Positions 28,446 through 37,022 of a stretch of DNA of 47,671 bases are shown piece by piece. The notes beneath the pieces were generated by a model. It was not told the DNA's origin. It saw only the letters and a program-made list of their open reading frames with translations, and ran no database searches. The translations under genes were made by a program, and so were the position numbers. The stretch comes from Candidatus Promineifilaceae bacterium. GTDB taxonomy: Bacteria; Chloroflexota; Anaerolineae; Promineifilales; Promineifilaceae. The stretch's first letter is position 1. Each line of letters begins with the position of its first letter. The stretch lies in contig JBOGUG010000213.1 in the NCBI GenBank assembly GCA_050696115.1, forward strand, positions 1 to 47,671, in the 5' to 3' direction.

Positions 28446-29645
28446 ATGGCCTCAGACACCCAGGCCAATCTGCCTCTCGCCGGCCGGCCCGGCCGGATCA
28501 GGCCCTATTGGATCGTCATCGCCCTGTTGGTTGCGGCCGGCGCAGCCCTGTACGGCTACCATCTGGCGACCGGCCGGACGCCCGACCGGGTGGCCCTGCG
28601 GCTCGACTTCATTGATTTTGACGTCTTTTGGTACGGCATCATCATCGTCGGCGGGGTGGTGCTGGGCGCCTGGGTGGTGGCTCACCTGGCGGCCGAGCGG
28701 GCGGCCCAGCTCTTCGCCGAGACGGTGCCGATAGAGGTGCGCGAGCGGCCGGTCGCCCGCCTGCCGCTGCCGGCCAAGGTTCGGGCCGAGCTGGAGAAGC
28801 GGGCCGGAGGCCTGGGCGAGCTGCTGTTTGAGTTCGGCCTGGCGCCGGAACGGCTGGGGCTGAATCGGGCTGAGGCGCGCGAGGTCGGCCGGGCGCTGCG
28901 TCAAGCGCCGGGCGTGCGCTCCGACTGGGTGCAGGCTCCGGCGTGGCGGCGTTTCAGCCCCGACCACGTCTGGGGCGGGGTGGCCTGGTGCCTGGTGCTG
29001 GCGATCGTCTTTGCCCGCCTATACCACGTGCTGACGCCGTCACCGAGCATGGCGGCGGTTGGCATCAACTCACCGCTTGACTACTTCAGGCAGCCGCTCC
29101 AATTAATCAATTTGCGCAATGGCGGCCTGGGCATTTACGGCGGCATCTTTGGCGGCGCGCTGGGGCTGTGGCTCTATACCCGGCGCCACCACCTGCCGGC
29201 GCTGACCTGGGCCGACCTGGGCGTGGTGGGCGTGGCCCTGGGCCAGGCGGTCGGCCGCTGGGCCAATTTCTTTAACCAGGAGCTGTATGGCCGGCCGACC
29301 GATTTGCCCTGGGCAGTGCAGATTGATCCCCTTTACCGGCTGCAGGGTTTCGAGGACGTGGCCCGCTACCACCCTGCGTTCATATATGAATCGCTGTGTA
29401 GTCTGCTGGCCTTTTTTGTGCTGCTGCGGCTCGTGCGGCGCGGGGGAAGCCGGCCGGGCGAGGTGACGGCCGTCTACCTGATCCTCTACGGAATCGGCCG
29501 GATCTTGCTGGAGACGGTGCGGCTGGACAGCCGGTCGGTCGAGCTGGGCTCGGTGAGCGTGCCGGTTGCCAGCCTGGTCTCAGCCGGGGTCATCCTGGCT
29601 ATGGTCGCGATATTGATCGGCCGGCGACTGGCCGGCCGGAGCTAG
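28446..29645 (+). CDS. lgt: prolipoprotein diacylglyceryl transferase with a large internal insertion
   Basis: GGLGIYGGIFGG, GQAVGRWANFFNQELYGRPTDLPWAV and YHPAFIYESL motifs. ATG 28446 is chosen because the ORF-track start 28350 lies inside the upstream gene. Confidence 0.85.
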   Translation: MASDTQANLPLAGRPGRIRPYWIVIALLVAAGAALYGYHLATGRTPDRVALRLDFIDFDVFWYGIIIVGGVVLGAWVVAHLAAERAAQLFAETVPIEVRERPVARLPLPAKVRAELEKRAGGLGELLFEFGLAPERLGLNRAEAREVGRALRQAPGVRSDWVQAPAWRRFSPDHVWGGVAWCLVLAIVFARLYHVLTPSPSMAAVGINSPLDYFRQPLQLINLRNGGLGIYGGIFGGALGLWLYTRRHHLPALTWADLGVVGVALGQAVGRWANFFNQELYGRPTDLPWAVQIDPLYRLQGFEDVARYHPAFIYESLCSLLAFFVLLRLVRRGGSRPGEVTAVYLILYGIGRILLETVRLDSRSVELGSVSVPVASLVSAGVILAMVAILIGRRLAGRS

Positions 29646-29665
29646 CTTCATCAGGAGGGAACGCG

Positions 29666-30400
29666 TTGGAGCGCAAAATTGATGGCTGGCACAGCCCCAG
29701 CCTGAATAGACATATGGAGATCGTGACCTACGGCCAATTTGGCTTCCCGCTGCTGCTCTTTCCCACGGCCGCGGCCGATTACCTCGAATACGAGCGCTTT
29801 TACGTCATCGAGGTCATCAAGGAGCCGATCGAAGCGGGCAAGGTTAAGGTCTTCTCGATCAACAGTATCAACCGGGAAAGCTGGCTCAACTCGCGCATAC
29901 ACCCGCGCAACATGGCCATTCGCCAGGCGCAGTACAATGATTACATCTGCAACGAAGTCGTGCCCTACATCTGGAACAGCCTCAACGGCCGGCTGGGCAT
30001 CATCGGCGCGGGGGCTAGCCTGGGCGCGTTCCACGCCGCCAACCAACTCTTCCGCCGGCCGGACCTGTTCGACGGCATGATCGCCATGAGCGGCAGCTTC
30101 GACATCCGCGGCTACATGAAGAGCGACTATTACGACGACAACGTCTATTTCAACAATCCGGTGGACTATGTGCCCCGGCTGGAGGACGGCTACCATTTGC
30201 CCCTGCTGCGCCAGAAGAGCCACATTCATCTCGTGACCGGACAGGGCAACTACGAGAATCCGGAGGCATCCCGCCGGCTGGCGGGCATTCTGGCGGCCAA
30301 GGGCATTCCGCACGAGCTGGACGTCTGGGGCTACGACATGCCCCACGACTGGCCCACCTGGCGGGCGATGATGCAGTATTACCTGGCGGCCAAGTTTTAG
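29666..30400 (+). CDS. putative esterase (alpha/beta-hydrolase, esterase family)
   Basis: FPLLLFPT... and the nucleophile elbow-like GAGASLGAF resemble the esterase-D/putative esterase family. AGGAGG lies 7 nt upstream of TTG 29666. Confidence 0.65.
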   Translation: MERKIDGWHSPSLNRHMEIVTYGQFGFPLLLFPTAAADYLEYERFYVIEVIKEPIEAGKVKVFSINSINRESWLNSRIHPRNMAIRQAQYNDYICNEVVPYIWNSLNGRLGIIGAGASLGAFHAANQLFRRPDLFDGMIAMSGSFDIRGYMKSDYYDDNVYFNNPVDYVPRLEDGYHLPLLRQKSHIHLVTGQGNYENPEASRRLAGILAAKGIPHELDVWGYDMPHDWPTWRAMMQYYLAAKF

Positions 30401-30421
30401 CCCCGGCCGCCGGGGGCGCCC

Positions 30422-31351
30422 ATGATCCTGGCCGAAGCGCTGAGCAAAGCATTCGATGATTTCGCGGCCGTGCGCGAGCTGTCGCTGAACGTCGGCCGGG
30501 GCGAGTTGTTGGCCCTGTTGGGGCCAAACGGGGCCGGCAAAACGACCACGGTGCGCATGTTGAGCGCCATTCTGCGGCCGACGGGCGGCCGAGCCGAGGT
30601 CAACGGCTTCGACGTGGTGCGGCAGGCGGATCTGGTGCGCCGCTCCGTCGGCATCCTGACCGAGCAGCCTGGGCTGTATACGCGCTCGACCGGCCTGGAA
30701 TATCTGCTCTTCTTCGGCCAGCTGTACGGACTGGCGGACGAGATTATCGAGCGGCGGGCGCTGACTCTTTTGGAGCGCTTTGCGATGCCGGGCACGGCCG
30801 GCAGGCGGCTGGGAGAATATTCTAAGGGGATGCGCCAAAAGGTGAGCCTGATCCGGGCTATGCTGCACGAGCCGGCCGTGCTGCTGCTGGACGAGCCGAC
30901 TTCGGCCATGGATCCGCATAGCGCCAAGCTGGTGCGCGACGCCATCCAGGAGTTGCGCGACGAGCGGCGGGCCATTGTCCTGTGCACGCACAATTTGACC
31001 GAGGCCGAGCTGTTGGCCGACCGCATCGCGATAATTGCCGCCGGCCGGATCATTGCCGAAGGCAGCCCGGCCGACCTCAAGCGGCGCCTTCTCGGCCGAC
31101 GCCGCTTTGAGATCGGGCTGGACCGGCCGCTCAACGGCCGGCTTGCCGGGCTGGACGGTGAGGTCGAAATCGAGAGTGCCCAGGGCCACATCATCCGGTT
31201 CAGCACGGCCGATGCGGAGCGGGCCAACCCGGCTCTTGTGCGCCGGCTGGCCGGCCTTGGGCTGGGGGTGGTGACGCTGCAAGAGTTCACGGTAAGCCTG
31301 GAGGAGGTCTATCTGGACATCGTCGGCCGGGCAAGCGGAGGAGCGACGTGA
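30422..31351 (+). CDS. ABC transporter ATP-binding protein (ABC-2 exporter type)
   Basis: Walker A GPNGAGKTT, signature YSKGMRQKVSL, Walker B LLLDEPTSAMD and an H-loop CTHN. Confidence 0.9.
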   Translation: MILAEALSKAFDDFAAVRELSLNVGRGELLALLGPNGAGKTTTVRMLSAILRPTGGRAEVNGFDVVRQADLVRRSVGILTEQPGLYTRSTGLEYLLFFGQLYGLADEIIERRALTLLERFAMPGTAGRRLGEYSKGMRQKVSLIRAMLHEPAVLLLDEPTSAMDPHSAKLVRDAIQELRDERRAIVLCTHNLTEAELLADRIAIIAAGRIIAEGSPADLKRRLLGRRRFEIGLDRPLNGRLAGLDGEVEIESAQGHIIRFSTADAERANPALVRRLAGLGLGVVTLQEFTVSLEEVYLDIVGRASGGAT

Positions 31352-32802
31352 CCACTAGGCTGCAGCCGGCGCGGCCGGGGCCGATCTGGGCGGGCCTGCG
31401 GCCGGCGCTGACCGTCACCCGGCGCGAGGTTCGCGACTCGCTGCGCGATTGGCGCGTCATCATTCCGATAATCATACTGACGCTCGTCTTTCCGGCGCTG
31501 GCGACGTTCACGGCCCGCGAGCTCTTTCGCTTTACGGCCCGCTTCGACGCCACGCTGATCACCGAGCGGCTAGTGCCTTTCTTGCTGCTGATTGTCGGCT
31601 TTTTCCCAATGTCATTCTCGCTGGTCATCGCCCTTGAGACATTTGTGGGCGAAAAAGAGCGCAAGAGCCTGGAGCCGCTGTTGGCCACGCCGCTCAGCAA
31701 CGGCCAACTTTATCTGGGCAAAGTGCTGGCGGCTCTGGTGCCGCCAATGGTGACCAGCTACCTGGGCATCGGCGTCTACCTGATTGGATTGGCGCTGGCG
31801 GCCGGCTTTTCGGTGCCGCTGCGCCTGCTTGCCCAGATCGTCCTCTTGTCTACGATGCAGGGGGTCGTCATGGTGGCGGCGGCCGTCATCGTCTCCAGCC
31901 AGACAAACACCGTGCGGGCGGCCAACCTGCTGGCCAGCTTCATCATCGTGCCGGTCGCCCTGCTTTTGCAGCTCGAGGCGGTTGTGCTGTTCTGGGGCAA
32001 TACCGAGGGCCTTTGGTGGCTGGTGCTGGCGCTGGGGGTGGTCGCCCTGCTGTTGATGCGCATGGGCGTCCACGTTTTCAACCGCGAGGCGCTTTTGGGC
32101 CAGGACATTGATCAGCTGCGGCTGCGGCCGATGTGGCGCAGCCTGAGCAGCCGTTTTCTGAGCCGAAATGGGGGCGGCTTACTCGGCTGGTACCGCCAGC
32201 TTGGGGGCCTGTGGCCCGCGCTGCGCCGGCCGGCGGCGCTGATGGCGCTGGCGCTGCTGGCAGGGCTGGCGTTGGGGATGGGGCTGGCGCGCCTGTTCAG
32301 CCTGCCGCTCGAACTGGTCGGCCCGTTGAGCAGCGAGCGCATGGCGGCTAACGTCTCCGCTTTCGGCCGGGGCCTGGATCAATTGCCGTCGCTGATCTTC
32401 CTACAGAACGTGCGCGTCGTGCTGCTGGCGGCCGTGCTGGGCATTTTCACCCTTGGCGTGAGCGACGTGCTGATCTTTATGCTGCCCTGGGTGGTGCTGG
32501 GCTACCTGGGCGGCACTCTGGCTCTGGCCGGGGAGGGCGCGGCCGCCTTCTTCCTGGCGGCCGTGCTGCCCCACGCCCTGCTCGAAGGGCCGGCCCTGGT
32601 GCTGGCCGCGGCAGCCGCCCTGCGCTGGCACACCACGGTGCTGGCCCCTGCGCCGGAGCGCACAGTCGGCGAGGCCTGGCTGGCAGCGGCGGCCGATTTC
32701 GGCCGGGTGTTCGTGGGCCTCACGCTGCCGCTGCTGGCTCTGGCAGCCTATGTCGAGGCGCTGGTGACGCCGGCAATTCTGCTGCGCGTCTACGGCGGCT
32801 GA
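31348..32802 (+). CDS. ABC-2 family permease fused to a SpoIIM/DUF95-like membrane domain
   Basis: The GTG start overlaps the ATPase stop (GTGA), with GGAGGAG upstream. The N-terminal half has 6 TM helices of ABC-2 type (FVGEKERKSLEPLLATP). The C-terminal half from about nt 32110 reads LQNVRVV..LGIFTLG...LPHALLEGPALVLAAAAAL, matching SpoIIM-family landmarks. Confidence 0.7.
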   Translation: MTTRLQPARPGPIWAGLRPALTVTRREVRDSLRDWRVIIPIIILTLVFPALATFTARELFRFTARFDATLITERLVPFLLLIVGFFPMSFSLVIALETFVGEKERKSLEPLLATPLSNGQLYLGKVLAALVPPMVTSYLGIGVYLIGLALAAGFSVPLRLLAQIVLLSTMQGVVMVAAAVIVSSQTNTVRAANLLASFIIVPVALLLQLEAVVLFWGNTEGLWWLVLALGVVALLLMRMGVHVFNREALLGQDIDQLRLRPMWRSLSSRFLSRNGGGLLGWYRQLGGLWPALRRPAALMALALLAGLALGMGLARLFSLPLELVGPLSSERMAANVSAFGRGLDQLPSLIFLQNVRVVLLAAVLGIFTLGVSDVLIFMLPWVVLGYLGGTLALAGEGAAAFFLAAVLPHALLEGPALVLAAAAALRWHTTVLAPAPERTVGEAWLAAAADFGRVFVGLTLPLLALAAYVEALVTPAILLRVYGG

Positions 32803-32848
32803 GACTGTCCCCTTGCGGGCAGCGCCGGCCGTCTGCTACACTCGCCCC

Positions 32849-34204
32849 ATGTTTGATTCTCACCCGGCCCGCCTGGCGACGGCGGCCGTGGCCCTGCTGG
32901 TCGCGCTGGGGGCGTTGACGGCCGGCTGGGCCGTGGCGCGCGGCGACGGCCGCTTATTGCGCGAGGCCGGCCTGGACGCGGCCGAGATCACGCCCAACGC
33001 CGACGGAGAGACGGACGCCACGGCCATCCGGTATGAGCTGGAGCGCAACGCCACCGTTTCGATCTACTTTGAAGATGACCAGGGCGAACGTTATTACTTC
33101 CGGCGCCAGGAGCCGCGTGGCGTGGGCGAGTACCAGGTGCTCTTCAGCGGCGTCGTCGAGGGCTACCGGCTGCCGGGCGAAAGCTTCGAGGGCGAAATTC
33201 AGGCCCGCCTACTGCGCGACGGGGGTTACACCTGGCACATCCAGGCCAAAGATGAGGTTGGGGTGAACGAGAGCGCCAGCGGCAGCCTGACGATTAGCCA
33301 AGCCGAGAGCCTGCTGCCCGAGATCCGCAACTTCAGCCTTGACCGGCGCGTCTTCAGCCCCAACCAGGATGGCATTGACGACCGCGTGCTGGTGCAGTTC
33401 TTCCTGCCCAACGAGGTGGCTAACACGCGGGTCTTCGTGCTGACGCCGGAGGGGCGTGAATTACCAATTGCCGAGCTGGACCGCGGCGTGGCCGAAAACC
33501 TGCCCGGCCGGCACTATTTCGACTACGAAGGGGGAGTGGATAACCAGGCCGCCCCGCCGCCGGACGGCGCCTATCCGGTGATCGCGATCGCCGAGGACGC
33601 CGAGGGGCAGCGCATCCGGGTAGAAGATGAGCTGACCATTCGCATTGGCGGCGTGCCGCGGGCCGAGATCATCTCGCCGCCGGTGGGCGACACGCTGCGC
33701 CTGAGCGCCACGGCCGTGGCGCTGTGCGACACCATCTCTTTTACGCTGACGCTGCGCAACTACGGCACAGCTCCGCTGCGCACGACCGGCCCGGAGCCGG
33801 GCACGACGTATGATTCGGACTGGAATTACAACACGTTGGGCTGGGCAACTGAATCGGGCGCCTTCCGGGTAGCCATCGGCTACGAGAATGAGATCACCAA
33901 CTACCCGTATCGCTGGGCAATTGCTGACCGCGAAGATCTTGAGCAGATCGGCGACCATTACTACCTGATGCCGGGAGAACAGACAGAGGTGACCGGCTCG
34001 ATCCGCGTCACGGGTCCGTTTGGGGAACGCAATCCGCAGCCAATGTGGGCTGGCCTAATCCACGAGGACGTGGCGATTTCGGCCGTCAACAACAGGGTAG
34101 ACCCACACCAGGTCCTGGTTGACCTGGCCAAACCTGAAAACCCGGCCACCTGCCCGGAGCGTGCCATACCTGAGGCGGTCGGCCGGCCGGAGCCTGAGGG
34201 CTGA
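32849..34204 (+). CDS. exported/anchored protein with two FlgD-Ig-like repeats
   Basis: An N-terminal hydrophobic anchor AAVALLVALGALTAGWAV follows ATG 32849. ITPNADGETDATAIRYEL...VSIYF and FSPNQDGIDDRVLVQF...VFVL resemble FlgD Ig-like domains. The C-terminal half is unassigned. Confidence 0.6.
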   Translation: MFDSHPARLATAAVALLVALGALTAGWAVARGDGRLLREAGLDAAEITPNADGETDATAIRYELERNATVSIYFEDDQGERYYFRRQEPRGVGEYQVLFSGVVEGYRLPGESFEGEIQARLLRDGGYTWHIQAKDEVGVNESASGSLTISQAESLLPEIRNFSLDRRVFSPNQDGIDDRVLVQFFLPNEVANTRVFVLTPEGRELPIAELDRGVAENLPGRHYFDYEGGVDNQAAPPPDGAYPVIAIAEDAEGQRIRVEDELTIRIGGVPRAEIISPPVGDTLRLSATAVALCDTISFTLTLRNYGTAPLRTTGPEPGTTYDSDWNYNTLGWATESGAFRVAIGYENEITNYPYRWAIADREDLEQIGDHYYLMPGEQTEVTGSIRVTGPFGERNPQPMWAGLIHEDVAISAVNNRVDPHQVLVDLAKPENPATCPERAIPEAVGRPEPEG

Positions 34205-34325
34205 GGCGAGGGCAGCCGTCGGCATGTTAAACCGGTCACAGAGCGTATCTCCTATTGTCGCCCGCCCGCCCTGCGCCTAACATCGAGCCTGGGGGAAGGA
34301 CGATGGACAGACCCAGGAGGGTTGC

Positions 34326-34793
34326 ATGTCTGGCGCGGCGAAATCAGGCCTCTTTGTTGGCAGCCTGAACTTCCTGGCCAATATCGGCCTAGGCGTGGTC
34401 TTTCCCTTATGCGCCCCGGTTTGTGCCCTGGCCTGGGGCGCCGGCGCGGGAGCGCTGGCCGTCCTGTGGGAGCGCGACCCATATCGGGCCGGCCGCGGCC
34501 GGCATTCGGGCGCCAAGGCAGGGGCCATCGCGGGCGCGGGCGGGCTGCTGGGCCTGCTGGTGGGGATTCTGGCCCTCTATTCGCTGTTTGGGGGCCAGGA
34601 GATGGCCGGCCGGATTACGGCCGCTCTGGCAGCCCGCCAGGGCGTGCTCATGCCGGGAGGCGATGCGGCCGTGGTCGCCCAATATCTGGGGCTGATTCTG
34701 GTGGCGGCCGGCGTCGGCGCGCTGCATATGGGGGTCATGGCCAGCGCAGGCGCGGTCGGGGCGCGCTTATTGGAGCAGCGGTGGGCGCATTAG
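34326..34793 (+). CDS. Gly/Ala-rich small membrane protein, function unknown
   Basis: AGGAGG lies 5 nt upstream of ATG 34326. The ORF has GC-rich third codon positions and 3-4 hydrophobic Gly-zipper-like segments. The competing frames translate to Arg/Gly-rich sequence that does not look like protein. Confidence 0.5.
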   Translation: MSGAAKSGLFVGSLNFLANIGLGVVFPLCAPVCALAWGAGAGALAVLWERDPYRAGRGRHSGAKAGAIAGAGGLLGLLVGILALYSLFGGQEMAGRITAALAARQGVLMPGGDAAVVAQYLGLILVAAGVGALHMGVMASAGAVGARLLEQRWAH

Positions 34794-34887
34794 GCAGCGC
34801 TATCTCGAAGCCGCTACCCCTGCTGGTTGCCTGACCGCAACTGGGCGGGCAGGCGGCCTGCCCCTGCGCGGCCAGCCGCCCCCTTTC

Positions 34888-34916
34888 TTGTCGCGAACCC
34901 CCAATTCGAGTACACT
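34888..34916 (+). promoter_or_regulatory. candidate promoter of the phn transporter operon
   Basis: TTGTCG (34888..34893), a 17-nt spacer, then TACACT (34911..34916). It would give a leader of about 85 nt containing a 13-bp hairpin (34937..34971). Confidence 0.3.
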
Positions 34917-35005
34917 GCCTCAAAGCTTGCAGGCACGGGCACGCCGGCCGCGCCGAGGGCCGGCCGTGCCCACACAATCTCATTACCTTCTGGAGGAGAT
35001 AGAAG

Positions 35006-36154
35006 ATGAACCCCAATCGTTTCAAGCTGTTTGGCTTGGCTCTGCTCATCCTGGCGCTGGCCCTGGCGGCCTGTCAGGGCGCGGGCCAGCCAGAGGCGAC
35101 CGAGCCGCCCGCGGAGCCGCCGACCGAAGAACCCACAGAACCCACTGAGGAGCCTACGGAGGAACCCACAGAAGAACCCATGGCCGAGTTGGGCACTGCC
35201 GAGCATCCCATTAAGGTGCTGTTCGTGCCCTCCGTAGAGGTGGAGCAGATTGTGGCCGGCGGCGACGTGCTGGCGGCCGCCCTCGAAGAGGCCACCGGCC
35301 TCGTGTACGAGGTCAGCGTGCCAACCAGCTACGCGGCTACTGTGGAAGAGATGTGCGCCTCGCCAGGCGACACCATTGGCTTCATCCCCGCCCAGGGCTA
35401 TGTGCTGGCCAACAACCGCTGCGGCGTCACCGTGGCCGGCGCGGCCGTGCGCTTCGGGCTCTCCTGGTACGCCGCCCAGTTTGTGGTGCCGATGGACAGC
35501 GACGTCGAATCCATCGAGGACCTGGCCGGCCGCACCTGGGCCATCCCTGACGTCGGCTCGACCTCTGGCTATCTCTACCCGTTGGCGCTGCTGACCAACG
35601 CCGGCATTGAGCCGGGCGAGATCGTCGAGGCTGGCGGCCACCCGCAGGCCATGCTGGCGGTCTACAACGCCGACGTCGAATTCGGCACCGCCTTCTTCAG
35701 CCCGCCGCTGCTGCCGGGTGGCGAGCAGTGGATCTACGGCGAGACCGATCCGGAGGTTTGGCGCGAGGCCGGTGAAGAGCCGGTGCGCGCCGAGGACGGC
35801 GACGTTCTGGTGGCGGGCGGCCCGGATGAGGGCGGCTACCGCATCCTGGACGCGCGCGCTGGCGTAACCGACACGGCGCCTGACATCTTCGCCGAGACCC
35901 GCATCCTGGCCCTGACCGACCAGATTCCCAACGACACGGTTTCGTTTGGGCCGGAGTTCCCGCCTGATCTGGCGCAGACGATCATTGACGCCCTGGTCGA
36001 GTTCACGGCTTCGGACGCCTGTGCCGACTCAATCTGCAACGACGAGTTTTACGGTTGGACGGGCCTGGAGCCGGTCGAAGACAGCTTCTACGATCCGGTG
36101 CGCGAGGCCATGCAGGCCCTGGACATCACCGAAGAAGATGTTTTTGGCGGCTAA
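35006..36154 (+). CDS. phnD: phosphonate/phosphite-type ABC transporter substrate-binding lipoprotein (PhnD family)
   Basis: Signal peptide with lipobox LALAAC and a strong GGAGGAG RBS. The PhnD-like core reads IKVLFVPS...YAATVEEM...GFIPAQGY...PDVGSTSGYLYP. Confidence 0.8.
   Translation: MNPNRFKLFGLALLILALALAACQGAGQPEATEPPAEPPTEEPTEPTEEPTEEPTEEPMAELGTAEHPIKVLFVPSVEVEQIVAGGDVLAAALEEATGLVYEVSVPTSYAATVEEMCASPGDTIGFIPAQGYVLANNRCGVTVAGAAVRFGLSWYAAQFVVPMDSDVESIEDLAGRTWAIPDVGSTSGYLYPLALLTNAGIEPGEIVEAGGHPQAMLAVYNADVEFGTAFFSPPLLPGGEQWIYGETDPEVWREAGEEPVRAEDGDVLVAGGPDEGGYRILDARAGVTDTAPDIFAETRILALTDQIPNDTVSFGPEFPPDLAQTIIDALVEFTASDACADSICNDEFYGWTGLEPVEDSFYDPVREAMQALDITEEDVFGG
35096..35179 (+). repeat. 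imperfect tandem repeat encoding a Pro/Glu/Thr linker (ATEPPAEPPTEEPTEPTEEPTEEPTEEP)
   Basis: Reiterated GAA/GAG-CCn-ACn units directly follow the lipobox Cys. This is a low-complexity tether of the lipoprotein. Confidence 0.6.
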
Positions 36155-36172
36155 TTGATCTCAACTTAGCCT

Positions 36173-36211
36173 GAAGCCGGGAAGACAGACGCGTCTTCCC
36201 GGCTTCTTTTT
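36173..36211 (+). terminator. rho-independent terminator/attenuator between phnD and phnC
   Basis: A perfect 14-bp stem GAAGCCGGGAAGAC (36173..36186) / GTCTTCCCGGCTTC (36193..36206) has a 6-nt loop and is followed by TTTTT (36207..36211). Confidence 0.7.
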
Positions 36212-36265
36212 AAGGCGCAGGCGCGGCCGGGTAGTCCACCCGGTGACCGCGCGAAGGGTGCAGCG

Positions 36266-37018
36266 GTGCTAAAGATCCAGAATCTGAACAAGGTTTACGA
36301 CGATGGCACCGTGGCGCTGCGGGATGTCAGCTTCGAAGTGCCCGACGGCCAACTCCTGGCTATTATCGGGCTGAGCGGCTCCGGCAAGAGCACTCTGCTG
36401 CGCTGCATCAATCGCCTGATCGAACCGACGTCAGGCGACATCTGGTGGAACGACATCCACCTGTCCCACGTCACCGGCGAGGAACTGCGCCGGGCGCGGC
36501 GGCGCATCGGCATGATCTTCCAGCATTTCAACCTGGTGGATCGCTCCTCGGTGATGACCAACGTGCTCAGCGGCCGCTTGGGGTATGTCAACCCGCTCGC
36601 CAGCGTGTTGGGCCGCTTCCCGGCCGCCGACCTGCGGCGAGCCTACGCCAACCTGGAGCGGGTGGGCATCCGCGACAAGGCCGATAACCGGGCCGACGAG
36701 CTGAGCGGCGGCCAACGCCAGCGGGTGGGCATCGCCCGGGCCTTGATGCAGGAGCCCGGCTTGCTGTTGGCCGACGAGCCGGTCGCCAGCCTGGACCCGG
36801 CCCTGGCCCACAGCATCATGCGCCACCTGACGCAGATCAACCAGGAAGACGGCATTACGGTGCTGGTCAGCCTGCACTTCCTGGACCTGGTGCAGGGCTA
36901 CAGCACGCGCGCCATTGCGCTGAACGGAGGCGAGCTGGTTTTTGATGGGGCGCCGGCCGAAATAGACGACGACCGGTTCCGCAGCATTTACGGCCAGGAA
37001 GCGGAGCGGATCGGCTGA
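36266..37018 (+). CDS. phnC: phosphonate-type ABC transporter ATP-binding protein
   Basis: Walker A GLSGSGKSTLLRC, signature LSGGQRQRVGIARAL and Walker B LLLADEPVASLD. The PhnC-typical features GRL, the FP loop and NLERVGI are present. Confidence 0.9.
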   Translation: MLKIQNLNKVYDDGTVALRDVSFEVPDGQLLAIIGLSGSGKSTLLRCINRLIEPTSGDIWWNDIHLSHVTGEELRRARRRIGMIFQHFNLVDRSSVMTNVLSGRLGYVNPLASVLGRFPAADLRRAYANLERVGIRDKADNRADELSGGQRQRVGIARALMQEPGLLLADEPVASLDPALAHSIMRHLTQINQEDGITVLVSLHFLDLVQGYSTRAIALNGGELVFDGAPAEIDDDRFRSIYGQEAERIG

Positions 37019-37022
37019 GCTG

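Noticed and set aside
29666-30400. Esterase gene as a horizontally acquired island (it looks somewhat less GC-rich than its neighbours)
   Set aside because: The difference is modest and explained by its Asn/Tyr/Ile/Lys-rich composition. No flanking repeats, tRNA or integrase are present, and it is tightly spaced in the same-strand gene array.
29651-31282. 543-aa minus-strand ORF spanning the esterase and ABC ATPase genes
   Set aside because: It is antisense to two ORFs with clear family motifs. Its translation is Arg/Gly/Pro/Ala/Gln-rich with no motifs. This is the typical shadow ORF of GC-rich DNA.
34322-34834. Alternative 170-aa ORF overlapping the Gly/Ala-rich membrane protein gene
   Set aside because: Its translation is Arg/Gly/Pro-rich with no hydrophobic core or RBS. 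The 34326 frame has an AGGAGG site at ideal spacing and GC-rich third codon positions.
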